A stretch of DNA of 64,000 nt from Eledone cirrhosa (taxonomy: Eukaryota): the NCBI GenBank assembly GCA_964016885.1, contig OZ024751.1:5394001-5458000 (forward strand), given 5' to 3'. Below the pieces are notes generated by a model, which was not told where the DNA came from, did not search any database, and was given only the letters and a program-made list of their open reading frames with translations. The translations under genes and the position numbers were made by a program. This document shows, one piece after another, positions 1 to 13,250 of the stretch; the first letter of the stretch is position 1, and each line of letters begins with the position of its first letter.

Positions 1-697
1 CAGGAATAATGGTGGCAGGTGGAATATTACAGGAATAATGGTAACAGATGGAATATCTTGGAATAATAATGGTGGCAGGTGGAATATAACAGGAATAATG
101 TTGGCAGGTGGAATATACAGGAATAATGGTGGTAGGTGGAATATAACAGGAATAATGGTAACAGATGGAATATAACAGGAATAATGGTGGCAGATGGAAT
201 ATAACAGGAATAATGGTGGCAGGTGGAATATAACAGGAATAATGGTGGCAGATGGAATATAACAGGAATAATGGTGGCAGGTGGAATATAACAGGAATAA
301 TGGTGGCAGGTGGAATATAACAGGAATAATGGTGGCAGGTGGAATATAACAGGAATAATGGTGGCAGGTGGAATATAACAGGAACAATGGTGGCAGGTGG
401 AATATAACAGGAATAATGGTGGCAGGTGGAATATAACAGGAATAATGGTAACAGATGGAATATAACAGGAATAATGGTGGCAGGTGGAATATAACAGAAG
501 AAATGGTAACAGATGGAATATAACAGGAATAATGGTAACAGATGGAATATAACAGGAATAATGGTGGCAGGTGGAATATAACAGAAGAAATGGTAACAGA
601 TGGAATATAACAGGAATAATGTTGGCAGGTGGAATATAACAGGAATAATGGTGGCAGGTGGAATATAACAGGAATAATGGTGGCAGGTGGAATATAA
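1..697. repeat. 29-bp minisatellite (CAGGAATAATGGTGGCAGGTGGAATATAA)n, runs off the window start
   Basis: About 24 tandem copies visible; ORF 27..761 repeats every 29 aa (= 3 x 29 nt). Confidence 0.95.
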
Positions 698-1628
698 GAT
701 GAAGACATGAAGGATCAGGCAAGCAAAGAGAATATACGACAATGAGGACTATTAATATCAAAACTCAATGGTGAGAATAATATCTATGCTCTCTGAAAAG
801 CAGTGTCTATCATAAGATATGGGGTTGGTATCATAGAGTAAAAAAAGTCCGAGTTAAGAGCTGTGGATCGCAAAACGAGTTAGCTGCTGACGATGTATGG
901 AGGACATGATCTCATGGTAGCTGCTGACGATGTATGGAGGACATCATGTCAAGGTAAATGTGAATCGATTATATATGAGTAAAAGGAGGCCGAGGTTTGA
1001 TTAGGATTGAAGATTGTGTTAGAATAGAAACAAGGGTTGGAGTAATATTTAAACGTGTGTACAGAGGAGTTACTGAGTGTAGTGAATGGGGCAGATTTGT
1101 TTGGAACTAACACTGGCGGCGAAAATAAAGAAGAATATCCAGCCATGCTGTTCGCGTTCTATCTCTGGATCTCCCACCAGTTGGTTTTGCCGTAAAATCT
1201 GTCCAGCGATTCTTTCTTGAGACATTCTAACCACATACCCATAGTATTGGATCTCTCAATTTCGAGAAGTAGATTAACTGATATCTTAATTAATTAACAA
1301 ATATTGAGCCACTTACAAAGGCTTCAATCTTGGCAGAGAAATCACCAATTTAATTGCGCATAACGTGTTTTCTTCCATGCCAGAAACAGCTGTTTAGGTA
1401 AACCGCTGCGCAAGTTATTGCTAATATTAAGTGATTTTCTGTCGTTCTAGCGAGATATTCACTCTTCATGTTTTCTTTATCTGAGATGTCTCTTTGCTGT
1501 ACCAATAACGATATCTATATGTGCTCCTTCTGCTTAGAACTTAGGACATTTTTAGGGTCTTAGCATTGAAGGGTTATTGGTCGGCAAATCGATGTACAGA
1601 AGAAATTCTCTTTGTACAACGGTATTCT

Positions 1629-1700
<72 letters not shown>

Positions 1701-1812
1701 AGAGAGAGAGAAAATTGAGGTTGGTAATGGCACATGGAATATATAAGAGACAGAATACTTTTTTGTGAAAAAACATATAATTTTATAAGGTAAGGAAATA
1801 ATAAAGGGTATA

Positions 1813-1862
1813 AAAAATGACCGGTTTCGATGGGTCTGCAAAAGCCATCTTTTCAAATGTTG
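1813..1862 (-). ncRNA. Minimal hammerhead ribozyme (U3:A8 core) in the 3' pLTR
   Basis: Minus strand reads UUGAAAA-GAUGG..CCAUC-GAAA-CCGG-UC. Stem III is palindromic; stem I is weak. Sense to the PLE ORF. Confidence 0.75.
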
Positions 1863-2212
1863 ATTAATATTAAGAAAAATTAATAATAAGAAGAGTTAAA
1901 ATTTGAGATTTGAAAATTCAAGTATAGAATTCATTGTGGGATTTCATAGTAGTTTTCATCTTGGTAGCAACTCGTTGACTGCTTCTGGTAGTGAATGAGA
2001 AGTTATTTGGGGTGTGGGTTATTTTATAAAGGTCAAATTTAGCAATGGCCAGAAGGCCAGCTGCTGGTCAGTGAGGGGGTGGAAGCAATATATATACATA
2101 TATCTTCCTGTGCTCGGTAGGAGAGGGGAGATTGATAGAAAAGGATTTAGTGCACTTACACCTATATATACACACATACCTTCATCCACACATACATACA
2201 CACATATATATA

Positions 2213-2267
2213 TTACTCTTTTACCTGTTTCAGCCATCCGGCTGAGGCCATGCTGGGGCACCGCCCT

Positions 2268-2273
<6 letters not shown>
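2213..2273 (-). mobile_element. ~60-bp SINE/LINE 3' tail inserted in the left pLTR only
   Basis: Reverse complement of 27309-27369; ends in an AAAGAGTAA tail; absent from the right pLTR. Confidence 0.7.
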
Positions 2274-2342
<69 letters not shown>

Positions 2343-2417
2343 CACACATACATACACACACACATACATATACATACACACATACACACACACACATATA
2401 TGCACATACACACACAC

Positions 2418-2452
<35 letters not shown>

Positions 2453-3224
2453 TATATACATACACATACATCCAGATACACACATACATACATACACACA
2501 CACACACATATATATATATATGTGTACATACATATATATACACACATATACATACACATATATATACAGACACACACCCACACATACATACACACACACA
2601 TATATATATATACACACATACACACAAACACACACACACACACACACACATATATACATATACACACACACATATATATATATATATATACTCACACACA
2701 CACACACATATATATATATATACACATACGCATACATCCAGATACACACATACATACACACACACACACACACGCACACACAATACATACATCCACATGC
2801 ACACACACACACACACATATACACATACATATACACATACATACACCCACACACAGAGAAATGGCCTCCGAATATATATATATACATACATACACATATA
2901 TTGTTTCCATAATATAAGAAGTTAGGGCAGTGAAATTAAAATACAAGTCATTCTGATCACATTGAGTTCTTCATGTAGATTGGACCCCGCAACCGACAGT
3001 GGTGAATTCTGTGTGCGCATATTTATATAGATATATGTGTGTGCACGTGCAGGGTTTAACATGGATGTGTTGGTCACACAAAGGCATGGTCTGTCAACGA
3101 ATAAACCTGATTCTACAGAATTGGTCTCTGGTCTTTAATAGTAGTGATAATTATATACATGCACACATACAAACACATATATCTGTCACTCCGTGCGTAT
3201 GTGTGTTTATATTTTATGACAATT

Positions 3225-3940
3225 CTATTGGGGTGATAACCCGTTTAGTTTTGGTTTAAATTTGTTAAGGAATAGATTTTCTTTGTTTATTCTTTGTTGC
3301 TGTGTGAACGAATCTGAGCACTTGTAGAAGGGGAAGATTTTAAAGTTGGGTAGTGTCATTCCTGCGCAGTTCGCAATATGGCTGCTCAAGGGGATTTTTC
3401 TTGTGCTTGCGTCCCGGATTTGTTGGCGGTGGATGTTCATTCTTTTGCGTAATGAGGTGCCCGTCTGTCCTATGTAGTTGTGTTTGCACCCACCGCAAGT
3501 TATTGCGTAAATCAAGTTCTCCGAGTTGTAGGTGAAATTGTTTTTTACTGTAAATGTTTGGCCATCTTTAAATGTAAATTTTTGTCCTTCAGTGAGGTAG
3601 AGGCACGTTCCACAGTTTGTTCTACCACATTTGGTAACTGTAGGGTTGAGGATTGGTTTGGGTATATTTGGTCCAGTGAGAATGCGTTTTAGTGATTTGG
3701 GTTGTCTTTTACTTTTAAAGATCTTGTGTGTTTCAAGAATAGACTTCATTTTTACATCTTTAAGTAGGATGGGGAGGTTTTTGTGTAGGTGATCAAACAT
3801 TTCGGTATTTCTGGGGTTGAAAGTGGATACATATGGCAGGGTGTTGAGTGTGGTTTTCTGTTTTGGATTGTTAAGTTGATGGGGATTTAGGTGTTTTGCC
3901 CTGTCTATTCCATTGTTGATTATTTCAAGTGGAAAGGCTC
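3225..3940 (-). pseudogene. PLE linker, Cys motif and GIY-YIG endonuclease (second frame of the same ORF)
   Basis: Frame is open upstream of the listed ATG (FPLEIINNGIDRA..LPYVSTFNP), then CGRTNCGTC, LIYAITCGGC..YIGQT..LRKRMNIH, E..F...KPKLN. The stop codon abuts the pLTR. Confidence 0.92.
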
Positions 3941-5479
3941 TTAAGATTTTAGTTCCTTTAGTCTTTGCTCCCGTTTAGGTGGATCTGATACTATGGTACA
4001 TATACGTTTGGCCAAATTGTAAGGAATGTTAAGTTTTGTATGTTTTGGGTGACTTGATGTGAAAAAGAGGTATTGCTTGGAATCTGTGGGTTTATAGAAT
4101 ATATCTGTATCTAATTTCCCGTCTATTACAGAGATGAGAATATCCAAGAAGGCTAATTCCTTGGGATTGGATTCCATTGTGAATTGTATATTATTATCTA
4201 TGTTGTTTATCATGTTTTTAAACATAGTAAGTGAGTTCATGTCTTCTTGCCATAGGATAAAGCAGTCGTCTAGATATCTTTTCCAATTGGCTTTGAGGTG
4301 TGTGTGGAAAGAGTCTCCAAATAAGAGAAGGGACTGACTGTATATTTGTTGTTCATGGAATCCCATGACTAGGTTGGCATATGTGGGTGCTACTTTCGTG
4401 CCCATTGCCGTACCTGATATTTGTCTGTATGTTGAACCATTGAATGTGAAGTAGTTATTTTGTAGGATAAAGCGGAGTCCGTCAGTGATAACATCTTTGT
4501 TGATGCGTGTCGGTATTTCTGATGGGTGTGTGTTAAGCCAGTATTGGACTGCTGTTATTCCATCGTTGTGGGGTATGTTTGTGTAGAGGTTTATTACGTC
4601 AAAGGAGACAAGAATTGTATTTGCACTTACTGTTTTAGGGAGGTGTTTCAGCATGTCAAGGTCATCTCGTATGTAGCTCTGTATATGTTGTAGAAAGGGT
4701 TTCAGTAGGATGTCCAGAAAGTTGCTAAGTCTGTGGGTTTCACATGTAGGGCCTGCTATAATTGGCCTGAGTTTTAGGTCTTCTGGTGGTGCTAGTTCAA
4801 TGTAATTGTTGGTTGAGGTGTCACATGCATCGTTTATGGGTTTACATTTGTGGAGTTTCGGTAAGCCGTAAAAAGAGCTTGTATTGCATTTGAAGTGGCT
4901 TATATAGTTAAACTCTTTTGTGGTTAAGCTGTTGCGGTATTTATTCAGTAAGGTCAAAAGGTTCCCCATTGTTTTGGTGTGTTTGTAGTTTTCTGTTTTT
5001 TCATAGTATGTGTTGTTTTCTAAAATGTTAAGTGCGAGGGTCCTATAGTAGTCCGTATTCATAATGACAACAGTACTGCCTTTATCGGCTTCTTTGATAG
5101 TTATCTCAGGGTTGTTTCTAAGTGTAAATAATTCTTCCCATTCGTGTGTAGATAGGTTTGATTTCGTGTGTTTATTTGTAATTTTTTCATAGGGAAAGTT
5201 GGTGATGTGTTCGCAGTACGTGTCCAGTGCTTTATTTCTTCCCTTTTGTGGGCAGAAATTGCTTTTATTTCTAACCAGTGATTCGTCTTCAGTGTTGGTG
5301 TCGTTGTGGAAGAATTCCGTTAGTCGCAGATTTCGGCAGTATTCCATGATGTCATCCTTCATTTCGGGGAAGTTTGGTTTACGTGGTGTAGGTGTAAATT
5401 TCAGGCCCTTACTTAAAATGTTGATTTGTGTGTTGGTTAGAGGTGTCTTTGAGAGGTTGAATATTTTTGGTTTCTCCAA
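3941..5479 (-). pseudogene. PLE reverse transcriptase (first part of an RT-EN ORF, frameshifted near 3941)
   Basis: Motifs NLS..LSKGLKFTPTP, ADKG, YGLPKLHK, LRPII, SFDVINLYTNIP, QISGTAMGT, RYLDD, FLDI, YKPTD..YL...SSHP. Confidence 0.93.
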
Positions 5480-5881
5480 AAATCTTTGTCATAAAATATA
5501 AACACACATACGCACGGAGTGACAGATATATGTGTTTGTATGTGTGCATGTATATAATTATCACTACTATTAAAGACCAGAGACCAATTCTGTAGAATCA
5601 GGTTTATTCGTTGACAGACCATGCCTTTGTGTGACCAACACATCCATGTTAAACCCTGCACGTGCACACACATATATCTATATATATATGCGCACACAGA
5701 ATTCACCACTGTCGGTTGCGGGGCCCAATCTACATGAACTCAATGTGATCAGAATGACTTGTATTTTAATTTCACTGCCCTAACTTCTTATATTATGGAA
5801 ACAATATATGTGTATGTATGTATATATATATATATTTGGAGGCCATTTCTCTGTGTGTGGGTGTATGTATGTGTATATGTA

Positions 5882-5913
<32 letters not shown>

Positions 5914-6133
5914 CATGTGGATGTATGTATTGTGTGTGCGTGTGTGTGTGTGTGTGTATGTATGTGTGTATCTGGATGTATGCGTATGTGTATATATATA
6001 TATATGTGTGTGTGTGTGTGAGTATATATATATATATGTGTGTGTGTATATGTATATATGTGTGTGTGTGTGTGTGTGTGTTTGTGTGTATGTGTGTATG
6101 TGTATATATATGCGTGTGTGTATGTATGTGTGG

Positions 6134-6165
<32 letters not shown>

Positions 6166-6194
6166 GTGTATCTGGATGTATGTTTATGTATATA

Positions 6195-6235
<41 letters not shown>

Positions 6236-6308
6236 GTGTATGTATGTGCATATATGTGTGTGTGTGTATGTGTGTATGTATATGTATGTGTGTGTGTATG
6301 TATGTGTG

Positions 6309-6361
<53 letters not shown>

Positions 6362-6696
6362 ATGTATGTGTGGATGAAGGTATGTGTGTATATATAGGTG
6401 TAAGTGCACTAAATCCCTTTCTATCAATCTCCTCTCTCCTACCGAGCACAGGAAGATATATGTATGTATATTGCTTCCACCCCCTCACTGACCAGCAGCT
6501 GGCCTTCTGGCCATTGCTAAATTTGACCTTTATAAAATAACCCACACCCCAAATAACTTCTCATTCACTACCAGAAGCAGTCAACGAGTTGCTACCAAGA
6601 TGAAAACTACTATGAAATCCCACAATGAATTCTATACTTGAATTTTCAAATCTCAAATTTTAACTCTTCTTATTATTAATTTTTCTTAATATTAAT

Positions 6697-6746
6697 CAAC
6701 ATTTGAAAAGATGGCTTTTGCAGACCCATCGAAACCGGTCATTTTT
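6697..6746 (+). ncRNA. Same hammerhead in the inverted 5' pLTR
   Basis: TTGAAAA (6703-6709) GATGG..CCATC GAAA CCGG TC (6739-6740). Confidence 0.75.
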
Positions 6747-6881
6747 TATACCCTTTATTATTTCCTTACCTTATAAAATTATATGTTTTTTCACAAAAAA
6801 GTATTCTGTCTCATATATTCCATGTGCCATTACCAACCTCAATTTTCTCTATAACCTTCGTTTTGTGTAGTAAATTACACT

Positions 6882-6945
<64 letters not shown>

Positions 6946-7362
6946 TGGCTGCCAACTCGTTTTCGAGTATAGCCACTACTTTATATCCATGTAAGAGAAC
7001 CCCTACCGATGCGCTGAACAAGTGTGACCTTTTAGTGCAGCCAGCGACTTGGAAACTCTGGTACAAACACTACACTTGTGACAGTTATTGACACATAGTG
7101 TTGGGCCCATGGTACCATGTGACGACAAGTGCAGAGAGATCTCCGGATATAAAGCAATGCCTGTGGCGTGAAGCTTTTATAGTGAGCAAAGGAACTACAC
7201 AAAGCCAGTCCCACTCTCTTAACCAAGATGATATTTACCAAAAAGAAGAACAAGTCAACATCATTGGATACCATCAGGGTTGCAGGTGTTATATAACAAT
7301 TTTCTTTCTCCTAGAATTCTGCCTTGACAAAGTCTAAGGGGTCATCTCTCCCGGGTATATAC

Positions 7363-7452
<90 letters not shown>

Positions 7453-7563
7453 AGGGAGTAAGCTTCTATACAAAACACTGGTTATAGAGAAAAAGTGGGA
7501 TTGTAAATAGCAGGGAAAATATATCTAAGGATATGCTTTTCTTTTTTTCTTTTTTGATTCGTA

Positions 7564-8163
7564 AAAGTGACATTATTGAGGAAATATCACGATAAATTAA
7601 CGGAGCCATAGACTCGTTATTCCCTGTCAATAATGTGCTCAAAGGAAAAGAAATCTTGAGCTCTTTAAAATACAATATGTTGAAAAGATTACACACAAGA
7701 GAGAGATTGTGCGCCATCAATAAAACAGGGAAAAACCACCAGTGTATGGAATCTATAACCTATGAAAGGCAGGCTAGACACACAATAATTAAAAATATAA
7801 ATTAAAATGTATATACGCACCTCTATAACTATATAACACACGCGTACAAATCCAAAGAGAAACAGATCTCTTTGGATTTGTACGTGTGTGTTATATAGTT
7901 ATAGAGGTGCGTATATACATTTTAATTTATATTTTTAATTATTGTGTGTCTAGCCTGCCTTTCATAGATTATAGATTCCATACAGTGGTGGTTTTTTCCT
8001 GTTCTATTGATGGCGCACAATCTCTCTCTAGTGTGTAATCTTTTCAACATATTGTATTTTAAAGAGCTCAAGATTTCTTTTCCTTTGAGCACATTATTGA
8101 CAGGGAATAATGAGTCTATGGCTCCGTTAATTTATCGTGATATGTCCTCAATAATGTCACTTT
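7564..8163. repeat. ~300-bp-arm near-perfect palindrome with a 6-nt loop (7861-7866)
   Basis: 7564-7860 is the reverse complement of 7867-8163 with roughly a dozen mismatches. Confidence 0.95.
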
Positions 8164-8333
8164 CAAGGCCAATATATCAAAAGTAGAAGTACATGGGGTT
8201 ATCTCCAGGGTAAAAGGTACTATAAGGGTGCTACTATTTGCGTTAGAGTGTATAAATGGGTGTGGAGATGAGGTGTAAGGTGTGTCACCCATGCTAATTG
8301 CTAGAGGTGGTGACGGGTTAAAGTCTGACATTG

Positions 8334-9592
8334 TTATATATAGGGTTTAAAGTTTTGGAAAGAGTGTCGGAATCGGTGTTGGCACGATGCAAACACCTCC
8401 GATTTTTTATTAAGGAGGTTAAGATTCGAACAGATTATAGTATGGGTCTCTAGTAGACAGAGGTTACAAAATTTATTAGATGGTTTATACGATGCAGCTC
8501 TACCTACCACTTCCCATTGAAGTGTATATGATCTATTCCTAGTTTTCAGATAGTGTATGTATCTAGATAGTGAAGTGGAGTTGGCTAGATTGTGTTTTTT
8601 GAAAGAATGGAGATGTGAGTTGTATCTCGTCTTAAAGCATTTAGAAGTAGAGCCTATATAGGTTTCAGAAGCGTTGTTAGTGTCGACCGTGCATGAGTAA
8701 ATGATGTCCTTGATTAAGTAGTTTTTACCTAAAGGGCAGGTTCTATTTGATCTACAGTTACATTTATTTTGGATGTTATCTTGTCGGTTATTATGTTGTG
8801 TAGAAGTCTGGTTGGTAGGTATTGCATTAGGGCTATGAATGTTGTCGTTCCTACTGTTATTGATTTCATTAGTGTTATTACTATTATTACTATTGTTATT
8901 AGGGTTTGTAGTTATTATGTTAATTTGAAAGTTTAGCCCCGGCTGTCTTTTAGTTTGGTGAAAATAAGTATTAATCTTTCTTTTATTACTACTAGCTATG
9001 TGGTATGCTATGTTAGGTGTGGTAGAGTAGGAGATTTTAATGGTGTTTTTATTTATAAGACTATGGTACTTGTGGCCAGATGTGAAATTTTATCCAGGAT
9101 TGAGAAAAACGCCTTAGGTAGGTTGGTAGAGACGTTTAGATTGAAATAGGGGGGATTGAAAACTGTATTAGTTCTTCTATTTTTGCTTTTTATATCTATT
9201 GAGGTATTTCTATTTATAGTATTTTAGTGTCTACTCTGGTGCGAGTTACGTTTGATGCTACCCTTCGTATTAGTGTGAGTGTGGTTATTATTCTTATTAC
9301 TATTTTTCCTCATGGTCATATTGTGAGAAATAATGTTGTAACTATGTGATTTTACAGGTAGGAAGTCAATCCCATTATTATGGCCTGATTCAGCTAGTGC
9401 CTGATTATAGTATTGTGAATTATTGCTAAATATGGTTTCGTTATAAAATAGATTAGAGATTCTATTAGATATTCCTTTAGTGATTGAGTTTAATATGGAT
9501 CTAGGGTGGTTAGACTTGGTATCTACATAAATTAGTGTTTCGTTAGGTTTATGAAATGGTGTATATATTTTAGAGTCTAGGAAAAGGGTAGC
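8334..9592 (-). pseudogene. 5'-truncated Naiad-type PLE: RT thumb, linker and GIY-YIG (not in the ORF track)
   Basis: Hand translation: PFHKPNETLIYVDTKSNHP..ISNRIS..YNQALAESG; FNPP..VSTN..NKNTIKISYS; KCNCR..CPL..IIYSC..YIGST..FKTRYNSH..CNLCLLE..LLNKKSE..CQH, stop at 8334-8336. Stops and frameshifts occur in the linker. Confidence 0.88.
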
Positions 9593-10818
9593 ATTAGATT
9601 AAGCACAAAATATACCTTAAACAGTGGTACTATTAGCACTTCACCTCAAGGTCATGCCTTCCACAACTACACCACACTCTCTGATCCACCCTGTCCTCTA
9701 CACAAATCATTTTATCCATAACTTTATACCCTAGAACGATCCTTATAATCACCACCTTTTAATATAATACTTTAGACTACTTATAATTGTATAGTGATTG
9801 AAATATAATACAGTTTATATAAACTTTAAATATTAGATGCAACAAAGAATTATATATACATTGGTAATTAAATGTATAAATTAATAACATTGTGTATATA
9901 TAGCATTAATTTATTAACATAGGGGATTTGTCTAACTTAATTACATACCCACTTCCGGATATTAAACCGCTGTTAATTCTCACAACCGAAAGATCCTAAC
10001 CTATAAATATGGATTAATAACACTGAGTTGCAATACGTTACAATCCATTACTACAACAAACGTTCAATACAAATACATTGTAACTTATGTGATGGATGTG
10101 AAAACTGTAACTGCCTTGTTCTAGATGTGAAAATAGGGATGGATGTGAAAACTATAACTTCCTTTTTCTGCACACATACAAATTTGAACTATACAGAAAA
10201 TATCCTAACACTGCAACCACCATAACACACTTACATACCCGCTTAAAGTGCTTGTATTTCATGTAATGCTTTGTCACACAGTACTCATATATACATGATA
10301 CATTTGCTTGTTCCATCCCTCTATATATGACTAACGCATATACTATCTATTTAATTTGATTATTAGACTATTCTCCTGTATTATCTGTATTATATGTCGC
10401 ACGTATTCCAACCTATGCTTTTAATCTTGTTTTTGAATTTTAATTTTAATCTCAATTTGAGTTACTGTACAAATATAGTATAATATGGTATATGTCGCAT
10501 CAACTCCACACTGTACATCAATATATATATATATCTGTATGTCTCTTACGTTGAGTAGGAGGTAAATTATTTAGATATGTACAAACATTAAAAATGGTCC
10601 GAAGACTCCCAGCCTAGGTTTGGAAGAAACAATTGTCAGCGGATAAATGTTTTTAACATAGCTTTGATTTGTGAATTCAATATTACTGCTCTGTAAAGCA
10701 ACTGATGTTCTTACATTGAGCTATTTATCTTACTGGTAATAAGGTAGGAATAAATAACTGAACTTCCCTGTTTATAGTTGTTTATAGTTTAAAATATACA
10801 TAGCTATAAATAGTATCC

Positions 10819-10830
<12 letters not shown>
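9593..10830 (+). mobile_element. Putative inverted pLTR/3' UTR joined to the truncated Naiad 5' end, with a degenerate hammerhead at 10599-10637
   Basis: Strand-composition flip at ~9593; CCGAAGA..GAAA-CAATTG-TC; ends in (TA)n. No overlap with the retained 3' UTR, so the link is inferred. Confidence 0.45.
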
Positions 10831-10906
<76 letters not shown>

Positions 10907-10983
10907 GCTCCTCTGCCGCCAGGAAAAAACTCGTTGAGAAAGTAAAACTCCGTTCCGCTTACTCTAGTAGGCTTTTATATTTA

Positions 10984-11066
10984 TATGTGAGCTGATAGAG
11001 TACAGTCTAAGGATTTACAGAAACCCATGAAGCTAGATTTAACACCTGTCTAGTGGGTCCGGGTAT
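10984..11066 (+). ncRNA. Degenerate hammerhead candidate
   Basis: CTGATAG-a-GTA..TAC-a-GAAA-CCCA..TGGG-TC; core altered and stem I poor. Confidence 0.35.
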
Positions 11067-11325
11067 GATTTTACATTCATTTAAATTATTGACGTATTGT
11101 TTTTTTGATATTTTTTATCTGTTTGTCCCGAATCTTCCTCTATCGATTTTAAATCGTATGGTTGATTGTAGACTTGTTCTATATGTGACGGTATTTTAAC
11201 GATAGTTATAGCTCTGATTCATCTGAATTATTGAGCCCTCTGCCGCTCATATCGAATCTCGTTTATCGTGAACTCGTGCGCCGATTTTTCGATACTCGAT
11301 CTTTCTAATATATATATATATATAT

Positions 11326-11489
11326 ACAATATATTAATAAATGGAAACTATATTTATAAAACCATATTTATTTTATATTTATTTTATTATACATATTTCA
11401 AGGGCAACTTTCATCTGGTTGCCCTTGAAATATGTATAATAAAATAAATATGGTTTTATAAATATAGTTTCCATTTATTAATATATTGT
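11326..11489. repeat. AT-rich fold-back, ~75-bp arms, 9-nt loop
   Basis: ..TTTCAAGGGCAAC tttcatctg GTTGCCCTTGAAA..; the left arm has a small internal duplication; flanked by (TA)n. Confidence 0.9.
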
Positions 11490-11577
11490 GTATTTACTCC
11501 ACTAAACTGGTGAGTGCTTTATATTAATTATAAAAAAATTTAAGCTTGTTGAATCCTAACAAATTAAATATAACCTC

Positions 11578-11665
<88 letters not shown>

Positions 11666-12403
11666 TGATAGAGAGAGGAAGAAAAAGGGGAAAACATCAG
11701 TGCACAGAAAGCATATATATATAACTGAATTTTTATAGGGTTTAAGTAAGAGAATTATTATCCTGATTAATAAATTTATATTTGTATCTCTTGGGTTTTT
11801 AGTACAAGAGCACTAATACTAATAACAATAGCAGGGCATATCAGTTGAAATTCGATGCATTGTACTAAATCATGTATTGATGACTGCTAAAATAACTTTT
11901 GAGCATTAATCAGGAACGAATTACACATATATAGAAAAAATATTAAAATAAATTTCTTTATATTATTAAATAATAATGATTTCTGGCTCAAAATTAATGA
12001 TGATAATAATAATGTCCACGCAATATAATAATCAAATAGGAATGTAAAATTCAATAACTGTAATTAAGTTTTGAAATGTTTTTCAATGTGTAGAGAACTG
12101 CATTAATAAGTCCAATAATATAAATTATGAAAGTGGATATATGTAAAATGAGAGGAGAAGAATGAAAGGAAAATATATATATAGATAAAAATGAAAAAAA
12201 AAAATCTAAATATTAACAATAAATAAATTGGAGAGAAACAAAAGAATGAATGAACATTTATATCTATGTATTTCAATATTTTTCCACAAAGTTTTACGAG
12301 GGGAAAAAAGTTAATGATATAGAGTAGCGACTCAGAAAATAATGAAATATTGAATTGAAGGGTGGTGGATATTTATATGTATGTATATATATATATATAC
12401 ATG

Positions 12404-12483
<80 letters not shown>

Positions 12484-12539
12484 CTGTTGGCTTCTTGCTA
12501 CACTAATTTCTATACTTTTCATGTATATATATATATGTG

Positions 12540-12677
<138 letters not shown>

Positions 12678-12826
12678 GAGAGAGAGAGAGAGAGAGAGAG
12701 GCAACAGAGTGAGAGAGAGAGAGAATGCAGAAGGGTATGCGAAAATAATTTTATACATCATTACATTACAAAAGAAACTTACCATTACATAAATAACTAA
12801 AGAAGTTATTATTATTATCATTATTA

Positions 12827-13030
12827 TTGGCAGTGTCGGTAGAGCGTCGTATAATATGCTTTATGGCATAGAGTTACGACTCTTTACGTCCTATTTCAAA
12901 TCCCGCCGAGGTTAGCTTTGGCTTTCATACTTACGGGGCCGATAAAATGAAGTACCAGTAATGCACTGGGGTCGATTTAATCGACTTATCTTTCCCCTAT
13001 ATTGTTGGCCTTGTGCTTAAATCAGAAACC
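12827..13030 (+). mobile_element. tRNA-derived SINE (octopus-like, Meta-domain-like core)
   Basis: TGGCAG..CGGTAGAGCG head, TTCAAATCCCGCC B-box, CTTTCAT.CTTACGGGG.CGATAAAAT.AAGTACCAG core, (ATT)n tail. Confidence 0.8.
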
Positions 13031-13047
13031 ATTATTATTATTATTGT

Positions 13048-13250
13048 GGATTGGCAGAATCGGTAGATCGTCGGACAACATGCTTTGTAGCAGAGAGTTA
13101 CGGCCCTTCACTTTCTGGGAGGTTAGCTTTGCATTTCATACTTACGGGGTCGATAAAATAAAGCACGAGTAACGCACTAGGGTCGATTTAATCGATTTTC
13201 TCCTCTCTAAAATTGCTGGCCTTTTGCCTAAATAAGAAATAAATATTATT
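13048..13250 (+). mobile_element. Tandem second copy of the same SINE (internal deletion)
   Basis: Same head, core and tail as 12827-13030. Confidence 0.75.

Larger units (their letters stand above)
1707..6886 (-). mobile_element. Penelope-like retroelement (Neptune-type): RT + GIY-YIG flanked by inverted pLTRs, between (TA)n tracts
   Basis: RT and GIY-YIG coding region 3225-5479. Segment 1707-3222 is the reverse complement of 5486-6850, and each arm carries a hammerhead. The Cys-rich linker CGRTNCGTC is typical of Neptune. Confidence 0.93.

Noticed and set aside
880-946. Two CTGACGA motifs as hammerheads
   Set aside because: A short local duplication with no following GAAA or stem III.
2014-2946. 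Long YI/HT/CV ORFs here and at 5759-6545, 12355-12821, 34405-35300, 55654-57512 and 61307-61672
   Set aside because: Translations of (TA)n/(CA)n microsatellites, open in many frames on both strands.
3935-3950. Programmed frameshift between RT and GIY-YIG
   Set aside because: PLEs use one ORF; no slippery heptamer is present, so a small deletion or sequencing error is simpler.
6944-7350. Short ORFs as a host exon (also 18604-18831 and 1140-1500)
   Set aside because: No recognisable domain or supported splice structure.
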